A stretch of 64,000 nucleotides of DNA from the human T2T-CHM13v2.0 reference genome, Homo sapiens: NCBI RefSeq assembly GCF_009914755.1, contig NC_060931.1, one strand, 5' to 3'. A model generated the notes under the pieces. The model saw only the letters and a list, made by a program, of their open reading frames with translations. It made no database searches and had not been told where the DNA came from. Both the position numbers and the translations under genes were made by a program. This document shows positions 18,251 through 32,354 of the stretch, piece by piece. The first letter of the stretch is position 1, and the number at the start of each line of letters is the position of its first letter.

Positions 18251-19347
18251 TAAAATGCCAAGAAATGCTAACAAGAAATTTATGGGATGCTTATGAAAAA
18301 CAGTAAGCATCACCACTGAAATTTATAAAGGAAAAATAAATATTTAGACAGGGATTTCATGTTCCTGAATGGCAAAAGCCTATATCTTAAAGGTCCTTAA
18401 AGTAATTTAATAAACATCTTGATGATATTTATTTTGGAATTAGAAAAAAAATCACTCTAAAGTTCATATGAACAAATAAACAGGAAAGAATAATGTGAGA
18501 GGGCCAGGTCTCCAGGTATTAAAGCATATAACATACTTCAGAATAACTGATACCATGTCGTAACAACAAAATGTCACCATATGGATGCATGGCATAGAAT
18601 ATGTCCGTACGTATATTAGGCACATTAAGACGTTTGATTCTCTGGAAAAAAAATGAGGTGAAATTCTCATCACATAAATAAATGTAAGCTCTAGAAGGAC
18701 TGAAGAATTTAATGTTACTAAATCAAACTATAAGCCATAAAATTTAGGCAACTATTTAACTCATCACTATAAGGGCAAAACCTTTTAAATCATAAAACCC
18801 ACGGAGTAAATAAAATAAAAACTTGCTAGACTTGTCTACTTTAAATTTTTTAAACTTTATCATGTCAAAAATAGGAGAACGAAGATGAAAATACAAAGGA
18901 AAACTTGCAAAATAGCTTCCATAATTGTGACAGACAAATTTTTAACATCCTGAATATTACGGCTTTTATAGATCAATAAGAAAAGCAGTTAAGGTCATAG
19001 AAAAAGAAAATGCAAATAACTATGGTTATTTTTTTAAATGGCTAATTTAAGACAAAGATGTCCATTTTCACCACTCCTATTCAAGAGGGTACTGGAAGTC
19101 TTAGCCAGAGCTATCTATCAAGAGAAAGAAAGACACTCAAATTGGAAAAGACAAAGTCAAATTATCTCTGTTTGCTGATGATATGATCTTATACCTAGAA
19201 AACCCTAAAGACTCTGCCAAAAGACTCCTAGATTTGATAAATGAATTCAGTAAGGTTTCAGGATACAAAGTCAATGTAGAAGAATTAGTAGCAGTTCTAT
19301 ACACCACTAACAATCAAGCTGAGAACCAAATCAAGAAGTTATTCCAT

Positions 19348-19955
19348 TAAGGCAGGCAGTTAGTGAAGGAATGGGGCACAATTACTTGCAGGTGGCTAAG
19401 AGCAACACAAATGGGGCCAAACAGGTTAGCACAAGGACCCCAGTCAGTAACAGATGTTCCAGAAGGGGGCTAGGGCAGATGTCTGTGGTCACCTGTGGTT
19501 GGCAACTTCCTTGCTGAAGGAGGAATGACTGTTGGAGGGAAAGTCCCAAAGGCTGAGCAGGCATACTGGCAAAGGACTGTGTCGTTATGCTGAACTTTGC
19601 TCATTTTAATAGTAAAAAACACACCACTGGGTGGAGATTTAAAATGCTAATGAGACATCCGACATATGTAGTAGCATGTACAGTAACTGTGCACGTGGGC
19701 CCAAGAGACCATCCACAACATGCTGAGCAACAATGCCCATTCCAGCCCTTTCATGAATAATCATGTAAGACTCACATAAAAGGAGTTTCCCCAATGCCAG
19801 TCAGCACTGTCTCATTCTTGAGCAGCCCACCGGACCCAGCTATCCGAGTGTACTTTTGCTTTGCGATAAACTTCTTTGCCTACTCTTACTTTGGACTTGC
19901 TCTCAAATTATTTTGGGTGGTGAAGTCAAGACCCTGAACCAGTCCTCTGAAAACA
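19348..19955 (+). mobile_element. ERV1-type solo LTR (LTR9-like) inside L1
   Basis: Non-L1 block with LTR motifs (catgaataatcatgtaagact; ...aaaca); L1 continues on both sides; flanks ccat/ctat. Confidence 0.6.
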
Positions 19956-20891
19956 CTATAATTACCAAAATAATAACAATAAAATACCTAGAAATGCATT
20001 TAACAAAGGACATGGAAGATCCTTACAAGAAAAACACTAATAAAAGAAATTTTAGATAACATGAACAAATAGAAAAATATTCCATGCTCATGGATCAAAA
20101 GAATCTGTATCATTGGAATGCTGCCCAAAGCAATCCACAGATTCAATACAATCCCTATCAAAGTACTAATATCATTTTTCACAGAATTAATAAAAAACAA
20201 TCCTATAATTCATATGGAACCAAAAAAAAAAAAAAAATAGAGCCAGAATAGCCAAAGCAATTCTAAGTAAAAGGAACAAAGCTGGAGGCATCAACATTAC
20301 CTAACTTCAAATTATACTACAAGGCTGCAGTAACCAAAACAGAATGGTACTAGTATAAAAATAGATACACAGACCAATGGAACAGAATAGAGAACCTGGA
20401 AATAAAGTAACATACCTAAAGCCAACTGATTTTTGACAAAGTCAACAAAAACATATACTGGGGAAGGGACACCCTATTCAATAAATGGTTCTGGAAAAAC
20501 TGGAGAGCCATATGCAGAAAAATGAAATGACCCTCTCTCTCACCATATACAAAAGTTAACTCAAGATCGATTAAAGACTTAAATATAAGACCCAAAACTA
20601 TTTAAATACTAGAAGAAAACCTTCAAAAACCTCATCTGGATGTTGACTTTGGCAAAGAATTCATGACTAAGACCTCAAATGCAACAAAAACAAAAACCAA
20701 CAAACGGGACAATGGGACTTAATTATTACTAAAGAGCTTTTACACAGCAAAAGAAATAATTAACAGAGTGAACAGGCAGCCTGAAGAATGGGAGAAAATA
20801 TCTACAAACTCTGCATCCAACAAAGGCCTGATATCCAGAATCTACAGGGAACTCAAACAATTCAACAAGAAGATAACAAGTAACCCCATTA

Positions 20892-21075
<184 letters not shown>

Positions 21076-22064
21076 ACATATAAATGGCCAAAACTCTTAT
21101 GGAAAAAATGTTCAACATCACTAATCATCAGAGAAATGCAAATTATAACTACAATGAGATACTATCTTACACCAGTCAGAGTAACTATTATTAGTAATAA
21201 ATAACAGTAAAAAATAACAGGTATTGGAGAGGATGTGAAGAAAAGCAAATAGATGGATAGACCAATGGAACAGAATAGAGAACCCAAAAATAAAGCAACA
21301 TACCTAAAGTCAACTGAGCTTTGACTGTTGGTGGGAATCTAAATTCATACAACTTTTATGGAAAACAGTATGGAGATTTATCAAATAACTAAAAATAGAA
21401 CTACCATTCAATCCAGCAATCCTACTACTGGGTATCTACCCGAAGGAAAATAAATCATTATACCAAACTATATGTATAAGTTATATTCTTGTATGTTTAT
21501 TGCAGCACTATTCACAATAGCAAAGATGTGCAATTCATAAAGAAGTATTGCATAAGGAAAATGTGCTGTATATATATTACGGAATACTACTCAGCCATAT
21601 AAAAGAATGAAATAATGTCTTTGACAGCCATATGGGTGGAACTGGAGGCCATTATCCTAAGTGAAATAACTCAGAAAGTCAAATACTACATGTTCTAATT
21701 TATAAGAGCTAAACAGTGTATACACATGGACATAGAGAGTAGAATAGTAGACATTGGAAGCTTGGAAGGGTAGGAGGGTGAGAGGAAGGTGAGGGATGAA
21801 AAATTACTTAAAAATTTTTTAAGTAAAAATTTAAAAAAAATTTTTACTTTTTTTTAAAAAAAGTAAAAAAATTACTTAACGGGTACAATATACTCTCTTC
21901 AGATTGCTACATTAAAAAGCTCAGACTTCACCACTATACAATAAAACTGCACTTTTACCCTCTAGATCTATAATAAAATATTTAAAAAGGGCTAACTTAA
22001 ATGAGAAACCATTTTTTGAAATCACCCAATTGGCAAGATTTAAAATAAATTCTAGTGTTTAAAG

Positions 22065-23640
22065 TTGCAGGCATCACATTACCTAACTTCAAAAAAATAC
22101 TATGAAGCTATAGTAAACAAAGCAGTATGTTATTGGCATAAAAATAGACACATAGACCCAAGGAACAGAATAAAAAGCCCAGAAATAAATCCACATATTT
22201 ACAGCCAACTGATTTTTGACAAGGGTGCCAAGAACACACAATGGGGAAAGAATAGTCTCTTCAATGAATGGTGTTGGGAAAACTGGATATCTAAATGCAG
22301 AAGACCGAAATTAGAACTTTATCTCACATCTTATACAAAAATCAACTCAAAATGGATTAGAGACTTAAATGTAAGACCCAAAACTATGAATTTACTATAT
22401 GAAAACATAAATGAAAAGCTTCATGACATTGGTCTGGGCAAAGACTCTTTTGGGTAAGACCTCAAAAGCACAGGCAGCAAAAGCAAAAACAGACAAATAG
22501 GATTATATCAAACTAAAAAGTTTTATACAGGAAAGGAAACAACAGAGTGACAAGACAACCTACAGAATGGAGGAAAATATTTGCAAACTATGCATCTGAT
22601 AAGGGGTTAATATCCCAAAACATATAAGGAATTTAACTCCATTGGAAGAAAACAAAAAACTGGATTCAAAAATAGGCAAAAGACCTGAATAGATGATTTT
22701 TTCAAAATAAGACATATGAATAGCCAATAGGTATATGAAAAAATGCTCAACATCCCTTATCATCAGGGACATGCAAATCAAAACTGTAATGAGATATCAT
22801 CTCACCCCAGTTAGAATGGCTATGATCAAAAGGACAAAAGATAACAAATGTTTGGAAGATGGGGAAAAAAAGGAAACCCTTATAAACTGTTTGTGGGAAT
22901 GTACATTAGTGCAGCCATTATGGCAAACATTATGGAGGTTCCTCAAAAAACTAAAAATACATCTGCCCTAAGACCCAGCAATCCCACTACTGGGTACATG
23001 TCCAGAGGAAATGAAATCAGTACACTGAAGAGAATCTGCACTCCCTTGTTTGTTACAGCAGTATTCACAATTGCCAAAATATGGAATTAATCTGTCTATC
23101 AAAGGATGAATGGGTAAAGAAAATGTAGTATATATTCCCAATGGAATACTATTCAGCCATGAAAAAGAATAAAATCTTGTTATTTGCAACAACATGGATG
23201 GAACTAGAGGACATTGTTAAGGGAAATAAGCCAGGCATAGAAAGACAAATACCAAATAATCTCACTTACATGTGAAATCTAAAAATGTTTATCTCATAGA
23301 AGTTGAGAATAGAATGGTGGTTATCAGAGACTGGGGTGGGTAGTGGGGAGAAGGAGATGGGGAGATACTGGTGAAAGAACACATAATTACAGTTTGAAAG
23401 GAGAAATAAACTCAAGAGCTCTATCGTACAGCAAGCTGACTATAGTCAGTGACGATAGTATTCTAAAAAAATGCTGAGTGGACAAATGCATTCTCCACAA
23501 AAATGATAACTATTTGAGGTCACGCATTTGCTAATTAGCTACATTTAATTTATCCCACAATGTACGTATACTTCAAAACATTATGTTGCACATGGTAAAT
23601 ACATACAATGTTACCTGTCACTTTTTTTTAAATGTAAAAA
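22065..23640 (+). mobile_element. Second L1 (L1MA-type) ORF2 C-terminus and 3'UTR
   Basis: ORFs 22065-22457 and 22735-22971 translate to L1 ORF2p-like peptides ([32 protein letters not shown]). Confidence 0.9.
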
Positions 23641-23700
23641 TGAGAAGAGTTCATATTTCTGTGGAATGTGTAACAATATACATTTATGGTTTTGGCTTAG

Positions 23701-24033
<333 letters not shown>

Positions 24034-24044
24034 TATTTATTTAT

Positions 24045-24243
24045 TTTTTAAAATTATATTTCAATAGCTTTTGGGGTACAAGTGGCTTTTTGTTATATGG
24101 ATGAATTATACAGTGGTGAATTCTGAGACTTCAGTGTACCCATCACCTGAGTAGTGTACATTGTACCTAATGTGTAGTTTTTTTTTTTTTTATCTCTATC
24201 CCCCCTCCTACCCTCTAAAGTCTCTAAAGTCCATTATATCACT
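24045..24243 (-). mobile_element. L1 3' end fragment
   Basis: ttttggggtacaagtgg...cccatcacctgagtagtgtaca is an antisense L1PB/MA 3'UTR. Confidence 0.75.
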
Positions 24244-24535
24244 CAACTCAGGATTATATTAACTTTTCTGCCTTCTGTCATAATGTAGTCCAAAAAGATC
24301 AGGGCTTTTTGGACATCCTACGGAACATCTCATTGATCCTCTACATCAGTAGCATGCTAAGCTTACTGAGCTGGATAAGCAAGAAATGGATTAGTCCTCT
24401 GGAGACCTTGGCAAGACATACGCACTCCATAGAGTGGGAGATAAACTCTATAAAGATTCTAGGGCCTGACATGTCAGTAAAATGTTTAGGAATCCAGTCA
24501 CCAGAGGTACCTGGAATATGTCCTCTAAAGTGAAA
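24244..24535 (+). mobile_element. Decayed ERVL pol (reverse transcriptase) fragment
   Basis: Translates across frameshifts to QDYINFSAFCHN..., LYISSML, LARHTHSIEWEINSIKILGPDMSVKCLGIQ, comparable to ERVL LPQGYINSPALCHN / YIDD / GWEINPTKIQGP.TSVKFLG. Confidence 0.75.
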
Positions 24536-24579
24536 AATGCATCATTATAAAAAAAATCTAGGGTTTAACACTGTGAAAT

Positions 24580-24948
24580 TGTATTAGTCTGTTCTCACAC
24601 TGCCATAAAGATACTACCCAAGACTGGGTAATTTATAAAGGAAAGAGGTTTAATTGACTCACAGTTCCACATGGCTGAGGAGGCCTCAGGAAACTTACAA
24701 TTATGGAAGAAGGTGAAGAAGCAAGCACCTTCTTCACATGGTGGCAGGAGAGAGAAGAGGAAGCAAAAGAGGAACTTGCCAAACACTTATAAAACCATTC
24801 AATCTCATGAGAATGAACTCACTACCACAAGAACAGCATGGGGGAAACTGACCCCATGATTGAGTCACCTCCCACCAAGTTCCTCCCTCAATATCTGGGG
24901 ATTACAATTCAAGATGAGATTTGGGTAGGGACACAAGCCTAACCATAT
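24580..24948 (-). mobile_element. THE1/MST MaLR LTR
   Basis: tgtattagtctgttctcac...gatgagatttgggt...accata. Confidence 0.9.
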
Positions 24949-26032
24949 AATAAATGGACACTCCCTATCATTGCTGGAAGCAGTGTGCTTGGTGCCATCT
25001 TTCTGGCACGCTCTGGTGATCATTCCTATAAATGTGAGACATTGTGGAATCTGGCAGCAGCCGGGCGGAACTTTCCATTTTCCAGGCTTTGGGAAGTGCA
25101 ATTTAGAGGTAGACCACGTATTTCCCGGGCCATGAGCCAGCAGGCAGTGAGGAGGAGCTTAGATATTGATCCAGAGACTCCGAATGGGTGGGGAGATGCA
25201 GATGGAATTCATAATTTAGGGAGAAATATAGTAGTCACTAGAGTTGCAAAATCCAGGGCAATAGGGACAGGTAAAAGTCAGGTCAGAAACCTTGGTTAGG
25301 AGCCAGGCAGAAAGCTTGGACGGGCTCATTCATTGACAAAAATGGAGCAGGCATGACAGACCAGGCACTGGGTATCACCGATGGTGGTACCACTTGTTAC
25401 TGATGGTGACAAGCTTGATGTAGTCAAGCACCAACAAGCTTACACTGTAGCGGGGCAAATTGGACAACCAGATTTTAAAAACCAAGCAAATGAGCAAACT
25501 TCAAAATAATGCAAGTTTTCATGAGAATGATGAAGGAAATAGATCTGGCATCCAGACAGAGTTAGGGCAGGGACCCTCATTTCCAGAACAAAACAGAAAG
25601 CGAGGAGTAAGACTGGCAGCAGCCAAGGGTTTTGCAGTTGGGTTGCCCAGGTGGCAAATAGGTTCACGATGTCTGTTTTTGCAAAATCAAAAACAAAAAG
25701 GCTGCATGTAATGTTCAGGTCTGCAGCTCTGTTTTACGCATCTGGGCATCTAGATGAGGAGGTTTCCCCACCCGGTTCAGGTGACAGAGGCAGGGGGCAG
25801 GGCCTGGTGCCATCCTGCCTTTTTGCAGCTTGCTTGCATCCACCCTGGGCCAGGTAAAGCTGACTGAACATGGAGGAGCCATTCTCTGCATGTGGTTTGT
25901 GTGTGCTTCCTCTGGCCTTTTCAGCTTTGGATAATTGAACATTTAAGTGATTGTTCCACTTCATAAAGTATGGTCCAGGGAGGCACTGTGCAAATTGCTA
26001 AATCAATTTACTTTTAAACAGAAATGAGGTTT

Positions 26033-26034
<2 letters not shown>

Positions 26035-26062
<28 letters not shown>
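26035..26062. repeat. (CA)n microsatellite
   Basis: Directly visible. Confidence 0.95.
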
Positions 26063-26064
<2 letters not shown>

Positions 26065-27673
26065 CTTAAGGAAGGCTTGATGTGTTCCATCGCAAGCGTC
26101 TCCAGAATGCTGCACTGCTCTCCCTGTGAAGTCAATATTACAGATTCCTGGGCTGCAAACCAGAAGGACAAATTGGGGGCCATGTGCACAGCCGCATTAT
26201 TTTTCTCGTTTGCAAAGGTCAGTGATTCTCCATGCATCAACTATGAAGCACACCACACAGCACCTCAGCATCAGCAGAATAAAGCTGTGAGTCAGAACCG
26301 GGTTTGGAGCTAGAAAAAGACCTGGATTCCAATTTCAGTCCTTCCCCTATGTGATTTTGGAGCAAACTATTTAACTTCTGGGCCCTGAAGTCTCTTCATG
26401 GTTTAAAAGCGATAATACCTACTTTGCTAGGTCTTGCTGAGAATTAAATGACTTTATAATAACGATAGTTGCCAACCTGTATGCAGCACTTATTATGTTC
26501 CAGGAACAATGCATAGTGCCCTATCTGTGAATTCTCAGATGTAGATATCCTTAGGAGATGAAAACAATTCAATTCCCATTACGCAGCTGGTATTTGTAAT
26601 GTGCAGAGCACACACTTCTAGTTCTTCCATTGGTCTACAAAATGACTTGTCATGCGCTTATTTTGTATTCAAAGGTGTTAGATTTGATGATATCCTGTCC
26701 CCAGGGACAAAGGATTAATAAAAAATGTGTATGCATATGCGTGTGTGCGCGTGGACATGGGGGCAACGTTGAAACAACTGCTCTTTTGAATCAGAAATGT
26801 TTCCTATACCAGATTATTGTGGATTTTAGGTCTAGCTTTCGGGTTATTGCTCCAATCATTTTTACTTGGTTCTGTTACCCTTCAGACAAATGATTTTCTT
26901 CTAGGCTTCTCACTTCACACCTCCAGTGAGCTCAGATCAAATCCTCTTTTCTCTGTCTGACCTCCTGAACCCTTTGGTGGCCCCCTTTGTTGCAGGCCTC
27001 CACCCAAAGTCAACCAATTTTTGGTCCTCATCTCCCAAAAATCTGAACTCCTGGTATTGCAAAACTTGAATTTTCCCCTATGCTTACACTATATAATTCT
27101 TTTTAAAATCATGGGCTTTAAAAAAAATTTGGAATTATTTTTCTTCCAATTTAGGCTCAATTGCAAAACCTGGAGTTTGGTCAAGGAAAGCTACTTTCAA
27201 TGCGAAGTGAAGACAGAACATAAATCACAAAGTTAACGTCGAAAGGTTTCTGAGAAGCCTGGAGAAAGATCAAACCTAAAGGTGACCCTGGAAGTCTGGC
27301 TGGGAATAGAAGATAAAAATTCCTTTCTTTAATTTCCAAAGTTCACTGATTCACGAGAAAAGTAGATATCTTAAAAGGACACGGAAATGCACCAAAAAAA
27401 ATAAACACAACGATGCATAACTAGCTGTTTTAATTCAACACCCTCTCTCCTGTGCCTGACATGGTATCTCTACCATATCCTCCAAAAAGTAAGGACAGGC
27501 AAGGACTGAAGTGTCCTCCTTATTGTGAAAGGGAACTGAGGTAGAGCCTCCTACAGTGGTCAACTCACTAACAGCTTAAGCTGGACAAAGCCAAGTCAAT
27601 GTGTCCACCCCCAGTTCCAATGAGTCAACTTGGTCCATTGATTCAGGGCAAATCAGGGTGTTCTTAATCTTCT

Positions 27674-27723
27674 ATCCAGGGATGTCCTTTCAGGGATCCA
27701 GGGACGTCCTTTCAGGGATCCAG
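27674..27723. repeat. 22-bp tandem duplication
   Basis: atccaggga(t/c)gtcctttcaggg twice, plus a partial third copy. Confidence 0.9.
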
Positions 27724-27799
27724 CAACGTCTTATTGAGCACTTCAATGTTTGTTCATGTTTCATGTCTGGAAATATAACCTTAATGACTTCTCCGTGAC

Positions 27800-28083
27800 A
27801 TTTTATTGATTGATTGATTGACTGACGGGCAGACAAGGTCTTGCTCTGTTGCCCAGGCTGGAGTGCAGTGGTGCAGTCATAGCTGACTGCAGCCTCAACC
27901 TCCTAGGCTCAAGCGATCTTCCCACCTCAGCCTCCTGAGTAGCTGGGACAATAGGCAGGCACCAACACGCCCAGCTGATTTTTATTTTTTAGAGATAGGG
28001 TCTTGCTGTGTTGCCCAGGTTGGCCTTGAACTTCTGGCCTCTGGAAGTGCTGGTATTACAGGCGTGAGCCACTGTGCCCAGCC
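27800..28083 (-). mobile_element. Alu (AluJ-like) with (ATTG)n tail
   Basis: Both arms, with a small deletion in the left arm. Confidence 0.85.
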
Positions 28084-28643
28084 TGTATGATGTTTAATTT
28101 TGAGTTTCTCATTGCGGCAAGCCATCTTTATTTGTCGAATGTATTTCCTTGCGATAAAATCAGGTATGCAAGGATTCACATATGTTTCTCATGCAAGCAC
28201 ACCATTTATTCCTCCTTATACAAACACTTACTGGTTAAAAAAAAAAAGCAGACTGCTAATAAAGGCTTTCTGTACTTCACATGGATTCCAATGGATTGGA
28301 AGCCAATGAGCCTTGGAATATTAGATTGTTATTATCCAATAATAATATTCTAAGTCTGGGCATCTCAGATTGAGAGAATGAAATTAGGCAGACACTCATC
28401 TGAACAGGTCTGGTGTACAATGACAGGCTTCCATACCTTTTTGTCATATTTGTGGTGTTTCAAGTTGCAAGGCAGATTTCTCCCCAAGTTACACAGGGGA
28501 CGTTTGGTATCACTTGGTTTCCATTCTCTGAATACTCTATAGAACACTGTCCAAAGGGGATGCATTTGTCAGGACTGTTGAGTTATGCCATTGGTTCTAA
28601 CTACCCTGAAGTCTCAGGTGATGATAACCCCTTAGAGACCCAG

Positions 28644-28980
28644 TGTATTAGTCAGTTCTCACATTGCTGCAAAGATACTACCTAAGACTGGGTAATTTAT
28701 AAAGAAAAGAAGTTTAATGGACTCACAGTTCAGCATGGCTGGGGAGGCCTCCCAATCATGGTGTAAGGTAAAGGAGAAGCAAAGGCACATCTTACAAGGC
28801 AGCAGGCAAGAGAGCTTTGCAAGGGAACTTCCATTTATAAAACCATCAGATCTCAAGAGACTTATTCACTATCACAATAACAGTATGAGTCAGTTATCTC
28901 CAGCTGGCCCCACCCTTGACACATGGGAATTACTACAATTCAAGGTGAGATTTGGATGGGGACACAGCCAAACTGTATCA
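28644..28980 (-). mobile_element. THE1 MaLR LTR nested in an older MLT1-like LTR
   Basis: TG...CA ends, 5-bp TSD cccag (28639-28643 / 28981-28985). Confidence 0.9.
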
Positions 28981-31900
28981 CCCAGGAAGACAGAGATTCT
29001 ATCATCTTATGATGCTGCCATATCAACGCCAGACCTGAGAGTTTGCCATGGTGGGGAAAGATATGGAGAACCACACAGCAGCTCTTAAAGGCTTCCATCC
29101 CCAAACCAACCCACATCACTTCTGCCCAAGTTTCATTAGCCAAATCAAGCCATACATCCACATCTAACTTCCAAGGGTTGGGGAGGACATTCCTCTTACG
29201 TGCCAGAAGGCGAGGAGATCAGGAAATATTGGTGAACACCAGTAATGTCCGTGCACCAAACGTTTGTTTGTTCTGGCTGTCCTGCATCCACACCTAACAG
29301 ACAGATGAACCAAGTTGGGCCAACTGCACCCTCTCTCCAGGGTATCAAATCCACTGAAGCCATGTTCATTTACCTGCAATACCAAGAAACTCACTGAGTC
29401 TAGAGATGAAAGTCTCTCTAGAGACTTTTGTTCTTGAGTAGAGTTATGTAAGAACAGAGAAAAAAAGGGCTTACTCATTCTAGCAGATTCTAGCAGCCTC
29501 ATCTTGCTAATCCTGTCAGTTAATTTCCTCTTGTCCAGTCCCCCTGAAGCTACCCTTGTTTCCTGCACCGTTTTTTTCTCAGCTTGTTTCTCGAACTGTC
29601 CTATGAACCTGGGCACTACCAATACCCTCCCAATGTATTGCTTTTGTGCTTAGTATTAAGACTCAGTTTCTGTTATTTGTGCCAAACAGTTTCCCAAACA
29701 GAAAGCAAAAGCCAAAAAGAAAATAAACGCCCAACAGAAGCAATTTGCTAGGTGCTCTGAGATATACACACAGGTATGAACTTGTAGGGGGAGGTAGGAA
29801 AATTGGGTTCCTGTCTCAGGTCTGTCACCTGTCTTGCTGTGTGAACTTCAACAAACCCCCAAATTCATCAGTAAAATCAAAGTCTGGGACTAGTTAATCT
29901 TCAAAGTCCTTACTGGCGCCAGCAGACAATGACTGTGCCATTTTGGGATTGCTGAAACAAGCACAAACCCTGTATTTTGGTAGCTGATTGAAACCCAAAC
30001 CAGGCCCCACACTTTGACAAATAACCTGCCAAGTCTCCACATTTGCTGAGAATCACATTAGCCTAGGAAATCACGGATTGCTTATATTTTACATTTCAAA
30101 TGTGTAGAGATCTTGGCATTGATCTGAGGGTATGCCATCACCCTGGGGATTCGTCTCAGCAGCAGGGCTGGTATTCACTGCAAGGAACCACGCTCGGTAC
30201 TCATTGGATGCCTATATACTGTGTAGTATGTCCTTTAGTTTGTTTGAGACCAGTTGGGGTCCTTTATTTGCCCGTCAGCTTAGTACTCGAGAGGCAGAAG
30301 GACCTGACATTTCTAGAACATTGTGATGTACTAATATCAATAAAAGTAAATTATTATTATAAAACCTCAGCTCTCCATCTCTGATTAGAACTTCAGGAGC
30401 TGGGCAGAGAGAAAAATCCTAAGTATGTCTGTGCAGGTGGGTGTACAGATGAAAAATGAGATGACTTTCCCTGTGAATAAGTTTCACCTCTGATTAAAAT
30501 TCTGCCTAGAATGAAAGGGCGATGTGCTAAGATATGAATGACTCACTAAATCAGAAGGGCCTCTCTGTACACATTATTCTTCCTGCCTTTGGCTGCAATA
30601 AACTCTCTCTCATTCTTACATTGATAAAAATGGAGGTTTTCAGGATATCCTGCCCCGATAAAGTAACGACGAAGATGAGTTTCCATCAGGAGCATGGGTG
30701 ATCCTTGTCTTTCATACACATGAAGGGGCTTCACCAAATCCCAGAACACCACGGTGAGAGGAATTTCAGGGGTCACTGATTCCATAGGCTATGGTCAGGG
30801 GGCAGTCTCTGCTTGTGGATAATTTTTTCCTCTCTGCAAAGCTAACTGGGTGAAACGGGCTCAATCCTAAGATCTGGACCTCTTCAATCCAGGACTAACT
30901 AAGTAGGACTTGCACTTTAAAGCGGACCTCAGTGAACGTTAGTCTTCTGTGTGGGATGAGAAGAGAAAGGCTTAAGTGGCCGGCCAAACAGAACGGAGGT
31001 CCAGCTGCCTAGTGATTTCAGAAGATCCTGACAAGCTATGTCTTATGGAACCTGAGACTTTCTGCTGTGCCAGAGCCCTTGTTCAGTTCCTCAGCAAATT
31101 CTCAGTGGTCCCAGTTGATGATAACAGACAGTGCCCTGCCAAACCAAAGTTCCTGGCAACTGGAAGGTGTAGTTGCTCTAGGATGGATCTCAAGTGTTTC
31201 CAATGCAGTTTTCCTGTTGAACACAGTTACAAATGTGATACCTTGCAGCAACTTAAAAACACAGAAACCGGCCACACACACAATTCGTGCATGTTTGTGT
31301 TTAGTACCAGAAATGTGGCTTGTAACTTTTCTGTCTTTAATACAAGGTAGGGAATTTTTAAAACAATCCACTGCTTCCAGCTTTGGCTCTTTCTCAGGTA
31401 GGACTCACCCAGTAGATATAACTGAGTTCCCGCTGAACTTGGCAGTAGAGAGCGAACCCAGGAATTTGGCAGGAAGTAAGTTATGACTGCACAACCTGAG
31501 AAGCTACACGTCTGACTCAGGATGCCATGGGTTTGGGGGTTGGGATTATTCTCCAGATCCCAAGAATCCATGTCCAATGATTCCCTTATGGCCTAAACTA
31601 TTGATCTGGCAGTACTGAGTTTGGTTTTCAGTATTCAGTTCCAGGGCATCCACTTGTAAAAACAATCCATAAATGAGATTCTCAGACTCAGCAGTTTCTG
31701 CCACTACCGACTTGACGGACTAAGCCAGGGCTGTGATTGAGCCAGAATTCCTTGGAGGAGAAGCCTGGGGTGCTAAGCTGATTGTGAAGCAGCACCCATC
31801 AAGTGGAGGCTGAGGAGAGCATCCAGGATAAGCACTTGCAGGTGATGAGCTGCGAGTGTTTATCTACTTCGTCAACTTTAATAGGAAAAGAACAAGACCA

Positions 31901-32354
31901 GGATGTGCATGATCCACTCAGGGTTACCTCGTCCCATCTGGTTGCAGCTGATGACTTTCACCAGAAAGAGGAAAAGTGAAAAGTAAAGAGAAACGAGGAG
32001 CTGGCCAGGCCAGGGCATGGAAGATGGCCTTCATCAATTTCCAAATTCTAGCAGTAAGTCACTTCTACTGTGCATTAGGTGAGTTCTCTGCACTTTGCCA
32101 CAGAAAGCCTTATAGCCACTGTTAGGATTCTATGAGCTGGCTTCTGAAACCTCCTTTAGTGGCAAATTCTTCAAAAGATCAGAGGGGCAGCAACCCCTGA
32201 GGATAATATTTCAGCCGAGGAGATGAACAGTGCTCATTGTAGGTACTAACTATAGAATTCAGGGCCAGGCTTCTCTCTATGTATAAGAAAGAAGGATGTT
32301 GGTGGCAAAAGCCTTCCCACTCCCATAGTACAATACAAGTTGCAAAAGGTTTTA

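Noticed and set aside
22065-22971. ORFs with convincing protein-like sequence
   Set aside because: They are fragments of decayed L1 ORF2p broken by stops and frameshifts, not a host gene.
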